Shown one piece after another: positions 7,602-14,749 of a DNA stretch of 64,000 nt. The stretch is from positions 129,818-193,817 of the forward strand of contig CALXMW010000003.1 of assembly GCA_944389585.1 (NCBI GenBank), in the 5' to 3' direction. The translations under genes and the position numbers were made by a program. The notes under the pieces were generated by a model. That model saw only the letters and a program-made list of their open reading frames with translations, did no database searches and was not told where the DNA came from. How positions within the stretch are numbered: position 1 is the first letter of the stretch; each line of letters begins with the position of its first letter. The stretch comes from an uncultured Kiritimatiellota bacterium. Its GTDB lineage: Bacteria; Verrucomicrobiota; Kiritimatiellia; RFP12; DVOR01.

Positions 7602-7778
7602 TACTGGGACCACTGGGACAACTGGGACGGGTGGGAGAGGGCTTCGCCCGTCGCCCCGCAGGGCGGTCTCCGTTTCCCCGTTGTGTCCTTTGTGATTTCC
7701 AACCACCGTGTCCCTCTGCGTGTCCTCTGTGCCCGCTGTGGTCTCCCCTGCGCCGTGCAATGTCCTTTGTGATTTCCA
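7602..7778 (+). repeat. Composite intergenic repeat, copy B (M1-M2-M3-M4, compact)
   Basis: Same module order and orientation as copy A: TACTGGGACCACTGGGACAACTGGGAC, GCTTCGCCCGTCGCCCCGCAGGGCGGTCTCCGTTTCCCC, GTCCTTTGTGATTTCCA, then M4. Confidence 0.85.
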
Positions 7779-7820
7779 CTTCGCCCCGCCGGTGGGGTGG
7801 GGCGGGGGCAGGAAAAGTCC

Positions 7821-7850
7821 TTGCATTTGCCCGGGGGCTTGTGGTATTTT
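7821..7850 (+). promoter_or_regulatory. Sigma-70-type promoter of rplM-rpsI (TTGCAT-N18-TATTTT with TGTGG upstream)
   Basis: -35 TTGCAT at 7821-7826. TTGTGGTATTTT at 7840-7850. Same architecture as the tuf, rpsO and ppdK promoters. Confidence 0.45.
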
Positions 7851-7860
7851 AATGGGACTT

Positions 7861-7925
7861 GCGCATGGGATTGGCGGGACACGACCCCGACTCCCTGTTG
7901 TCCCGCCCCGGCAGAGCCCATGCGC
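7861..7925 (+). promoter_or_regulatory. Structured 5' leader stem-loop of rplM-rpsI
   Basis: Nested perfect helices GCGCATGGG(7861-7869)/CCCATGCGC(7917-7925) and GGCGGGACA(7873-7881)/TGTCCCGCC(7899-7907). It begins a few nt after the predicted TSS. The leader is about 144 nt long. Confidence 0.3.
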
Positions 7926-8000
7926 GTGGGGCGCCCCGGGCCGCCTGACCGTCGATGGCCGGCCGCGCGGCGCCCGAACCGAGAAAGACAGGGTACAGAC

Positions 8001-8435
8001 ATGACCAAGACGACTCTCCCCGAGTTGCCCGACAACGACAGCCGCAAGTGGTACATCATCGACGCGGCGGACAAGCCCCTCGGCCGCCTGGCCGTGCGCG
8101 TGGCGAACGCCCTGCGCGGCAAGGACCGCGCCGATTACGCGCCCTCCGTGGACACGGGGGCCTTCGTGATCGTGGTGAACGCGGCCAAGGTGGCCCTCAC
8201 CGGCAAGAAGAACGAGCAGAAGCAGTACGTGGATTTCACGGGCTGGCGCGGCGGCCTGAGCAAGACCCCCGCCTCCGTCATCCGCGAGCGCAACCCCACG
8301 CGCCTGATCACCGACGCGGTCTGGGGGATGCTGCCGAAGAACAACACCGCCGACATCCGCATGACGCGCCTGAAAGTGTACGCCGGCGCCGAACACCCCC
8401 ACGCGGCCCAGAAGCCTGAGCCGCTGAGCATCTGA
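8001..8435 (+). CDS. rplM: 50S ribosomal protein L13
   Basis: ATG 8001 within ORF 7797..8435. Carries [15 protein letters not shown] and the KVYAG..HPH signature. Confidence 0.95.
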   Translation: MTKTTLPELPDNDSRKWYIIDAADKPLGRLAVRVANALRGKDRADYAPSVDTGAFVIVVNAAKVALTGKKNEQKQYVDFTGWRGGLSKTPASVIRERNPTRLITDAVWGMLPKNNTADIRMTRLKVYAGAEHPHAAQKPEPLSI

Positions 8436-8458
8436 CACTGGCGAAAGGATCGCACACC

Positions 8459-8854
8459 ATGGCCATCACCGAACTTTCCAAGGCCACCGGCCGCCGCAAA
8501 ACCGCCGTCGCCCACGTCCGCCTCGTCTCCGGCACGGGCAAGTGGGTCGTCAACGGCGTGGAGGTCGAGCGCTACATCCCCAGCGAATCGCTGCGCGACT
8601 ACATCAACCAGCCCTTCGTGATGACGGAGACCGCCGGCAAGTATGACGTGCTCGTCTCGGCCAAGGGCGGCGGCATCGCCGGCCAGGCCGGCGCGATGCG
8701 CCACGCCCTCTCCCGCGCCCTCTGCGGCCTCGACGCGAACCTGCGCGAGGTGCTCAAGAAGGCCGGCTGCCTGACGCGCGATTCGCGCATGAAAGAGCGC
8801 AAGAAACCCGGCCAGCGCGGCGCCCGCGCCCGCTTCCAGTTCTCCAAGCGCTGA
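8459..8854 (+). CDS. rpsI: 30S ribosomal protein S9
   Basis: [12 protein letters not shown] ... C-terminal [11 protein letters not shown]. Immediately follows rplM. Confidence 0.95.
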   Translation: MAITELSKATGRRKTAVAHVRLVSGTGKWVVNGVEVERYIPSESLRDYINQPFVMTETAGKYDVLVSAKGGGIAGQAGAMRHALSRALCGLDANLREVLKKAGCLTRDSRMKERKKPGQRGARARFQFSKR

Positions 8855-8862
8855 TTGGACGT

Positions 8863-8937
8863 GCGCGGGCGGACCCGCGCGTTTCCGAAGGGGGCGGGCG
8901 TCTTCGCGCGAGGACGCCGCCCCTCTTTCGCTTTCTT
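8863..8937 (+). terminator. Tandem hairpins / terminator after rpsI
   Basis: GCGCGGG-CGGA-CCCGCGC at 8863-8880. A GGGGCGGGCGTC...GACGCCGCCCC stem at 8891-8923 is followed by TCTTTCGCTTTCTT. Confidence 0.5.
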
Positions 8938-9004
8938 CCCGGGAGTCCCGGGCGGCCTGGCCGCCTAAGCCTGGGCCCAACCCTTTATCGAAGGAGGAAG
9001 CCTC

Positions 9005-10996
9005 ATGGGCCTTCTTTCCAAGCTCAAAAACGCCTTCGGCCTCGGCGCCCAGGCGCCGAAAGGCGCCCCCGCCCCGCGCCAAGGCGCCCCCGCGCCCGAC
9101 GGGCCCGGCGGCGACCGCCCCCGCCGCAAGCGCCGCCGCGGCGGCCGCAACCGCAACAATCAGCCCCGCCCCGAGGGCGCCCAGGGCGCCCAGCCCGCCG
9201 CCGAGCGCGGCCCCGCCCCCAAGGCCCGCGCCGCCAAACCCCAGGGCGAGCGCCGCGACGAGCGCCGCCCGCCCCGTGACCGCGGGCCCCGCCGCGACCG
9301 CGGCCCGCGCGACCGCGCCGGGCGCGGCGAGCGCGACACGCCCAAAGGCCAGATGCGCCCCGGCGGCGCCTTCACCCAGGAGCAGTTGGCGGCCTTCGCC
9401 GCCGAGCACGCGGCCTGGGACCCGGCCAGCTACGACGTGCCGGAGGCCGAGGGCAAGAAGCGTTTCGTGGACTTCGGCCTGCCCAACGAGATCTTGCACG
9501 CGGTGGCCGACCTGGGCTTCCAGTACTGCACGCCCATCCAGGCGCAGTCGCTGGCCTTCTCCCTCGCGGGCAAGAACGTGGCCGGCAAGGCGCAGACCGG
9601 CACGGGCAAGACGGCGGCCTTCCTCATCGCCGTGCTCACGCGCTACCTGCGCACCCCCGAGAGGCGCAACCTCAAGCCCGGCTGCCCGCGCGCCCTCATC
9701 CTGGCGCCGACGCGCGAGCTGGTCATCCAAATCTGCAAGGACGCCGAGGCCCTGGGCAAATACTGCGGCGACGTCCGCTCCCTGGCCGTCTACGGCGGCA
9801 TGGACCACGAGCGCCAGCGCCGCGAGCTGGAGGAGGCGCCCGTCGACCTCCTCGTGGCCACGCCCGGGCGCCTGAAGGACTACATGCGCGGCCGCGTCGT
9901 CGACCTGCGCCAGGTGGACACGCTCGTCATCGACGAGGCTGACCGGATGCTCGACATGGGCTTCATCCCCGACGTGCGCTTCATCGTCAACCACCTGCCC
10001 GACCGCGACCACCGCTGCACGATGCTCTACTCGGCCACCCTCAACGACACGGTGATGAACCTGGCGGCCATGTGGATGCGCGACCCGGTGCGCGTGGAGA
10101 TCGAGAGCGACAAGCCCGCCACCGACACCGTCAAGCAGATCGTCTACATCGCCCGCTCCGAGGAGAAGTTCACCCTCCTCTACAACCACCTAGCCAAGCA
10201 CCCCGAGGCCCGCACCCTCATCTTCTGCAACCGCAAGTTCACCACCGAGCGCCTCGCCGAGAACCTCCGCCGCCGCGGCATCGACTGCGAGGTGCTCTCC
10301 GGCGACGTCAACCAGGCCAAGCGCCTGCGCATCCTCGAGGCCTTCCGCGCCGGCAAGATCCGCAACGTCGTGGCCACCGACGTCGCCGGGCGCGGCATCC
10401 ACGTCGACGACATCGCCTTCGTGGTGAACTACGACTTCCCCTACGAGCCCGAGGACTACGTCCACCGCATCGGCCGCACCGGCCGCGCCGGCCACACCGG
10501 CACCGCCATCTCCTTCGCCGACGAGGACGAAAGCTTCATCATCCCCGACATCGAGCGCTACATCAACGAGCCGCTCAAATGCTCCATGCCCGAGGACTGG
10601 ATGTTCGCCGAGCCCCCCGCCCCCGCCCCCCGCGGCCGCCGCCGCGACCGCGGCCCCGCCAGGGAGGAGGCCCCCGCCGCGGGGGCCACTCCCGAGGCCA
10701 AGGGGGAGAGCGCCCAGCCCGCCGAGGCACCCGAGGCCCCCGCCCAGGACGCCCCCGCCGCGCCCGAGGCCGAGGCCCCCAAGCCCCCCAGCCCGCCCAA
10801 GGCCCCCGCCAAGGACGGCCCCCGCCGCCCCCGCCGCAACAACGGCGGCAAAGGCCGCCCCGGCTGGGCCCGCACCCAGGCCGACGGCCCCCGCGACGGC
10901 TCCGAGAGCCACCACGCGGCGCGCCCCGCCGCCCGGCCCATCTACGCGCCGGGCCGCCAGGGCCCCGTCACTGCGGAATGGTCGCCCGGCGAGTGA
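9005..10996 (+). CDS. DEAD-box ATP-dependent RNA helicase with Arg-rich N- and Pro/Ala-rich C-terminal low-complexity extensions
   Basis: Q-motif FQYCTPIQ, motif I AQTGTGKT, DEAD (VIDEADRMLD), SAT, and HRIGRTGRAG. GGAGGA RBS before ATG 9005. Confidence 0.93.
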   Translation: MGLLSKLKNAFGLGAQAPKGAPAPRQGAPAPDGPGGDRPRRKRRRGGRNRNNQPRPEGAQGAQPAAERGPAPKARAAKPQGERRDERRPPRDRGPRRDRGPRDRAGRGERDTPKGQMRPGGAFTQEQLAAFAAEHAAWDPASYDVPEAEGKKRFVDFGLPNEILHAVADLGFQYCTPIQAQSLAFSLAGKNVAGKAQTGTGKTAAFLIAVLTRYLRTPERRNLKPGCPRALILAPTRELVIQICKDAEALGKYCGDVRSLAVYGGMDHERQRRELEEAPVDLLVATPGRLKDYMRGRVVDLRQVDTLVIDEADRMLDMGFIPDVRFIVNHLPDRDHRCTMLYSATLNDTVMNLAAMWMRDPVRVEIESDKPATDTVKQIVYIARSEEKFTLLYNHLAKHPEARTLIFCNRKFTTERLAENLRRRGIDCEVLSGDVNQAKRLRILEAFRAGKIRNVVATDVAGRGIHVDDIAFVVNYDFPYEPEDYVHRIGRTGRAGHTGTAISFADEDESFIIPDIERYINEPLKCSMPEDWMFAEPPAPAPRGRRRDRGPAREEAPAAGATPEAKGESAQPAEAPEAPAQDAPAAPEAEAPKPPSPPKAPAKDGPRRPRRNNGGKGRPGWARTQADGPRDGSESHHAARPAARPIYAPGRQGPVTAEWSPGE

Positions 10997-11015
10997 ACCC
11001 ACGGGCACAGCGAAA

Positions 11016-11050
11016 GGCCCCCGGCAACGCGCCGGGGGCCTTTTCTTTTT
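11016..11050. terminator. Terminator between the helicase (+) and HAD (-) genes
   Basis: GGCCCCCGGC-AACGC-GCCGGGGGCC followed by TTTTCTTTTT. GAAA precedes it on the other side. Confidence 0.7.
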
Positions 11051-11064
11051 CTCGGGGCGGGGCC

Positions 11065-11868
11065 TTAGAGCAGGCCGATGGCCCGGAGGTGGCGCAGGAC
11101 GCCGTCCTGCGTGTTGGGCGGGGCGACGGCGGCGGCGCGGGCCTTGACCTCGGGGAGGGCGTTGGCCATGGCCACGCCGTGGGGGGTGAGGGCGATCATG
11201 CCCGCGTCGTTGAGATAGTCGCCGAAGACGATGGCCTGGTCGGGGCGCAGGCCGCGGCGCCGGAGGAGGGCGGCCAGGGCGCGGGCCTTGTCGACGCGGG
11301 CGTGTTGGACGTCGACCCACTCGGGGCCGGAGAGGATGACGCGGCGCCCGGGGGTGGCCAGCGGGGCGAGGCGCGGGTGGAGGGCCTCGGCGGCGCGGGG
11401 GTGGTAGACGGCCACCTTGCAGACGTCGCGGCCGAGGACGTCGCCCAGGGCGTGCCAGGGCTCGGTGCGGGCGAAGTAGCAGCCCACGGCGGGGAGGCTC
11501 TCGGGGTGGGCGTCGTGGACCCAGGCGCGGTCGGGGCCGCAGAGGACGGGGGTGGCGCCGGGCGTCTCGAGCGCGGCTTGGAGCACGGGCGCGAAGGCGG
11601 CCGCGGGGGTGAGATCCTCGAAGAAGGGCGCCTCCTCGCCGTCGGCCCAGGCCAGGGCGCCGTTCTCGGCGATGATGTCCAGCGGCAGGCCCAAGGGGTC
11701 GAGGCGGGCGCGGAGGTTGGCCAGCTGGCGGCCGCTGGCGATGGCCCAGCGCACGCCGCGCCCGGCGAGGGCGCGGACGGCGTCCGGGAAGCCGGGGGGC
11801 AGGCGGCGCTCGGCGTCGAGGAGCGTGCCGTCCATGTCGGTGACGACGAGGCGGAGGTCTGGTTGCAT
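11065..11868 (-). CDS. Cof-type HAD-IIB phosphatase
   Basis: ATG 11868 gives MQPDLRLVVTDMDGTLLD. C-terminal GDYLNDAGM motif. The listed start at 11886 is a GTG 6 codons upstream. Confidence 0.85.
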   Translation of the reverse strand: MQPDLRLVVTDMDGTLLDAERRLPPGFPDAVRALAGRGVRWAIASGRQLANLRARLDPLGLPLDIIAENGALAWADGEEAPFFEDLTPAAAFAPVLQAALETPGATPVLCGPDRAWVHDAHPESLPAVGCYFARTEPWHALGDVLGRDVCKVAVYHPRAAEALHPRLAPLATPGRRVILSGPEWVDVQHARVDKARALAALLRRRGLRPDQAIVFGDYLNDAGMIALTPHGVAMANALPEVKARAAAVAPPNTQDGVLRHLRAIGLL

Positions 11869-11897
11869 GGGGGTGGATTGTAGCACACCGGCGGCGT

Positions 11898-11926
11898 TTG
11901 CGCGGGTGCGCCGGATATGGTACGTT
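11898..11926 (+). promoter_or_regulatory. Promoter of hom / aspartate kinase (TTGCGC-N17-TACGTT, TATGG upstream)
   Basis: -35 at 11898-11903, -10 at 11921-11926. Fits the window-wide motif. Confidence 0.4.
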
Positions 11927-11955
11927 ATACGTCATTGTTGAGAGCGGAGAAGCGC

Positions 11956-13260
11956 ATGAAAGAAGTTGGCGTAGCGATTGTTGGGTTCGGCACGGTGGGC
12001 GCGGGCGTGGCCGAGGGCCTCCTGAAGGGCGAGGCGTTGCTCTCGCGGCGGTGCGGCCTGCGCGTGGCCCTGCGCGGCGTGGCGGACCTGGACATCGAGC
12101 GCGACCGCGGGGTGGCGGTGCCGCGCTCCCTGCTCACCACCGACGCGATGGCCTTGGCGACGCGCGCCGACGTGGACGTGGTGGTGGAGCTGATCGGCGG
12201 CACGGGGGTGGCGCAGGAGATCATCCGCGCGGCCCTCCAGGCCGGCAAATCCGTCGTCACCGCCAACAAGAAGCTGCTGGCCGAGCGTGGCGCCGAGCTC
12301 TTCGCCCTGGCCCGCGAGAAGGGGGTGGATCTGTACTTCGGCGCGAGCGTCGGCGGCGGCATCCCCATCGTCCGCGCCCTGCGCGACGGCCTGGTGGCCA
12401 ACGACATCCGTGCCATGCACGGCATCCTCAACGGCACGTGCAACTACATCCTCACGCGCATGGCCGCCGAGGGCTCTGGCTTCGACGACGTGCTGGCCGA
12501 CGCCCAGCGCCTGGGCTACGCCGAGGCCGACCCCACGCTCGACGTCGACGGGCACGACACCGCGCACAAGATCTGCATCCTCGCCTCCCTGGCCTACGGC
12601 CTCTCCGTGCCGCTCCGCGACATCCCCGTCAAAGGCATCCGCGGGCTGAACCCGGTGGACGTGCGCTACGCCGGCGAGCTGGGCTACGTCATCAAGCTCC
12701 TGGCCGTCTGCAAGGCCCACGGCGGCAAGCTGGAGGTGCGCGTCAGCCCCACGCTGGTGCCCAAAAGCCACACCCTCGCGGCGGTGAACGACGTCTTCAA
12801 CGCCGTCCTCGTCGACGGCTCGATGACCGGCGACACGCTCTACTACGGGCGCGGCGCCGGGCGCGAGGCCACCGCCAGCGCCGTCATCAGCGACGTCGTC
12901 TCCGTGGCGCGCCACGTGGCCGTGGGCACGCCCCGCGCCGCCGAGCCCCTCCCCCCCCTGGGCGAGACGCCCTACAGCCTGCTGCCGCCCGAGGACTGCG
13001 TCAGCCGCTTCTACATCCGGCTCATGGTGCGCGAGGCCTGCGGCATGGTGGGGCGCTTCGCCACCATCCTGGGCGACCACGGCGTGAGCATCTTCGCCGC
13101 CAGCCAGCACGAGGCCACCGAGGCCCAACGCGCCGAGGGCTACGTCCCCGTCGTCATCCTCACCCAGCCGGCCCGCGCCGGCGACATCGCCGCGGCCCTC
13201 ACCGAGATCACCGCCCAGGGCATCGTCCGCTCCATGCCCTTCCACCTCTGCATCCTCTGA
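11956..13260 (+). CDS. hom: Homoserine dehydrogenase with a C-terminal ACT domain
   Basis: MKEVGVAIVGFGTVGAGV Rossmann N-terminus, and GILNGTCNYIL and GYAEADPTLDVDG blocks. Confidence 0.93.
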   Translation: MKEVGVAIVGFGTVGAGVAEGLLKGEALLSRRCGLRVALRGVADLDIERDRGVAVPRSLLTTDAMALATRADVDVVVELIGGTGVAQEIIRAALQAGKSVVTANKKLLAERGAELFALAREKGVDLYFGASVGGGIPIVRALRDGLVANDIRAMHGILNGTCNYILTRMAAEGSGFDDVLADAQRLGYAEADPTLDVDGHDTAHKICILASLAYGLSVPLRDIPVKGIRGLNPVDVRYAGELGYVIKLLAVCKAHGGKLEVRVSPTLVPKSHTLAAVNDVFNAVLVDGSMTGDTLYYGRGAGREATASAVISDVVSVARHVAVGTPRAAEPLPPLGETPYSLLPPEDCVSRFYIRLMVREACGMVGRFATILGDHGVSIFAASQHEATEAQRAEGYVPVVILTQPARAGDIAAALTEITAQGIVRSMPFHLCIL

Positions 13261-13293
13261 CAGCTGTCCCAACCCAATGGAGTCTTCGCGCCC

Positions 13294-14661
13294 ATGAAAG
13301 TCTGCAAGTTCGGCGGTTCCTCCGTCGCCGACGCCGCCCAAGTCGCCAAAATCCGCGACATCATCGCCTCCGACCCCACCCGCCGCATCGTCGTCGTCTC
13401 CGCCCCCGGTAAGCGCGACAAGGGCGACACCAAGGTCACCGACCTGCTCATCGAGTGCGCCGGGCGTTGCCTCACCCAGCGCGACCCCGCCGAGGCCCTC
13501 GAGGCCGTCGTCGCGCGCTACGCCGAGATCCAGCGCGGCCTGGGCCTGGACGAGGCCGTCCTCGCCGAGATCCGCGCCGACCTGGAGCGCCGCGTGGCCG
13601 CCTGCGGCGAGATGGAGGCCGCCCGCTTCATGGATCTGATGAAGGCCGCCGGCGAGGACAACGCCGCCAAGGTCGTCGCCGCCGCCTTCCGCGCCGGCGG
13701 CCTCCGCGCCGAATACGCCAACCCGCGCGAGGCCGGGCTGCTGATGTCCGACGACTTCGGCAACGCCCAGGTCCTCCCCGACTCCTACAAGCGCCTGGCC
13801 GAGTACCTCGGCGAGCGCGCCGAGAGCGAGATCGTCGTCTTCCCCGGCTTCTTCGGCTACACCCAGGCCGGCGACGTGGCCACCTTCCCGCGCGGCGGCT
13901 CGGACATCACCGGCTCCATCCTCGCGGCCGCCGTCAAGGCCAAGGTCTACGAGAACTTCACCGACGTCGACGCCGTCTACCCCGTCGACCCCCGCCTCGT
14001 CCCCGAGGTCACCCAAGGCATCCCCGAGATGACCTACCGCGAGATGCGCGAGCTCTCCTACGCCGGCTTCGGCGTCTTCCAAGACGAGGCCATCATCCCC
14101 GCCGTCAAGGCCGCCATCCCCATCAACATCCGCAACACCAACCACCCCGACGCCCCTGGCACGATGATCGTCCACCACCGCCGCGCGCGCCAGGGCTCCG
14201 TCGTCGGCATCGCCTCCAGCGCCGGCTTCTGCACGCTTTACATCGACAAATACATGATGAACCGCGAGATCGGCTTCGGCCGGCGCCTCCTCCAGATCCT
14301 CGAGGAGGAGGGCATCTCCTACGAGCACATGCCCTCGGGCATCGACAACGTCTCGGTCGTCTTCCGCGAGGAAGGCTTCACCCCCGAGGTCGAAGGCCGC
14401 GTCCGCGACCACATCATGCGCGAGCTCAAGCCCGACAACCTCCAGATCGAGCGCGGCACCGCCCTCATCATGATCGTCGGCGAAGGCCTCTACTACACCC
14501 CCGGCATGGCCGCCCACGCCACGCTCGCCCTCTTCCGCGAAGGCATCTCCCTGGACATGATGAACCAAGGCTCCTCCGAGATCTCCATGATGTTCGGCAT
14601 CCAAAGCTCCCAACGCGAGAACGCCGTCCGCGCCCTCTACCACGCCTTCTTCAAAGACTGA
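13294..14661 (+). CDS. Aspartate kinase (monofunctional, 455 aa)
   Basis: MKVCKFGGSSVADA, VVVSAPG, GGSDITGS, and C-terminal ACT-like repeats. Confidence 0.92.
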   Translation: MKVCKFGGSSVADAAQVAKIRDIIASDPTRRIVVVSAPGKRDKGDTKVTDLLIECAGRCLTQRDPAEALEAVVARYAEIQRGLGLDEAVLAEIRADLERRVAACGEMEAARFMDLMKAAGEDNAAKVVAAAFRAGGLRAEYANPREAGLLMSDDFGNAQVLPDSYKRLAEYLGERAESEIVVFPGFFGYTQAGDVATFPRGGSDITGSILAAAVKAKVYENFTDVDAVYPVDPRLVPEVTQGIPEMTYREMRELSYAGFGVFQDEAIIPAVKAAIPINIRNTNHPDAPGTMIVHHRRARQGSVVGIASSAGFCTLYIDKYMMNREIGFGRRLLQILEEEGISYEHMPSGIDNVSVVFREEGFTPEVEGRVRDHIMRELKPDNLQIERGTALIMIVGEGLYYTPGMAAHATLALFREGISLDMMNQGSSEISMMFGIQSSQRENAVRALYHAFFKD

Positions 14662-14685
14662 CGCGCCCCCGCCGCGCGCCGCGCG

Positions 14686-14717
14686 GGAGGCCGCCCCCAC
14701 GGGCGGCCTCCGTTTTC
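14686..14717 (+). terminator. Terminator after aspartate kinase
   Basis: GGAGGCCGCCC-CCAC-GGGCGGCCTCC followed by GTTTTC. Confidence 0.5.
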
Positions 14718-14733
14718 CCCGCCCGCCCGGGCG

Positions 14734-14742
14734 TGGTATACT
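14734..14742 (+). promoter_or_regulatory. Extended -10 (TGGTATACT) directly before the BatD-like gene; predicts a leaderless mRNA
   Basis: The last T of the -10 at 14742 is 8 nt from the A of ATG 14750. There is no room for an SD. Confidence 0.4.
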
Positions 14743-14749
14743 ATACGCC

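Noticed and set aside
8135-10189. 684-aa ORF antisense to rpsI and the DEAD-box helicase.
   Set aside because: It lies opposite two unambiguous conserved genes. Its composition is dominated by G/A/V/R/L, with no start context. It is a GC artefact.
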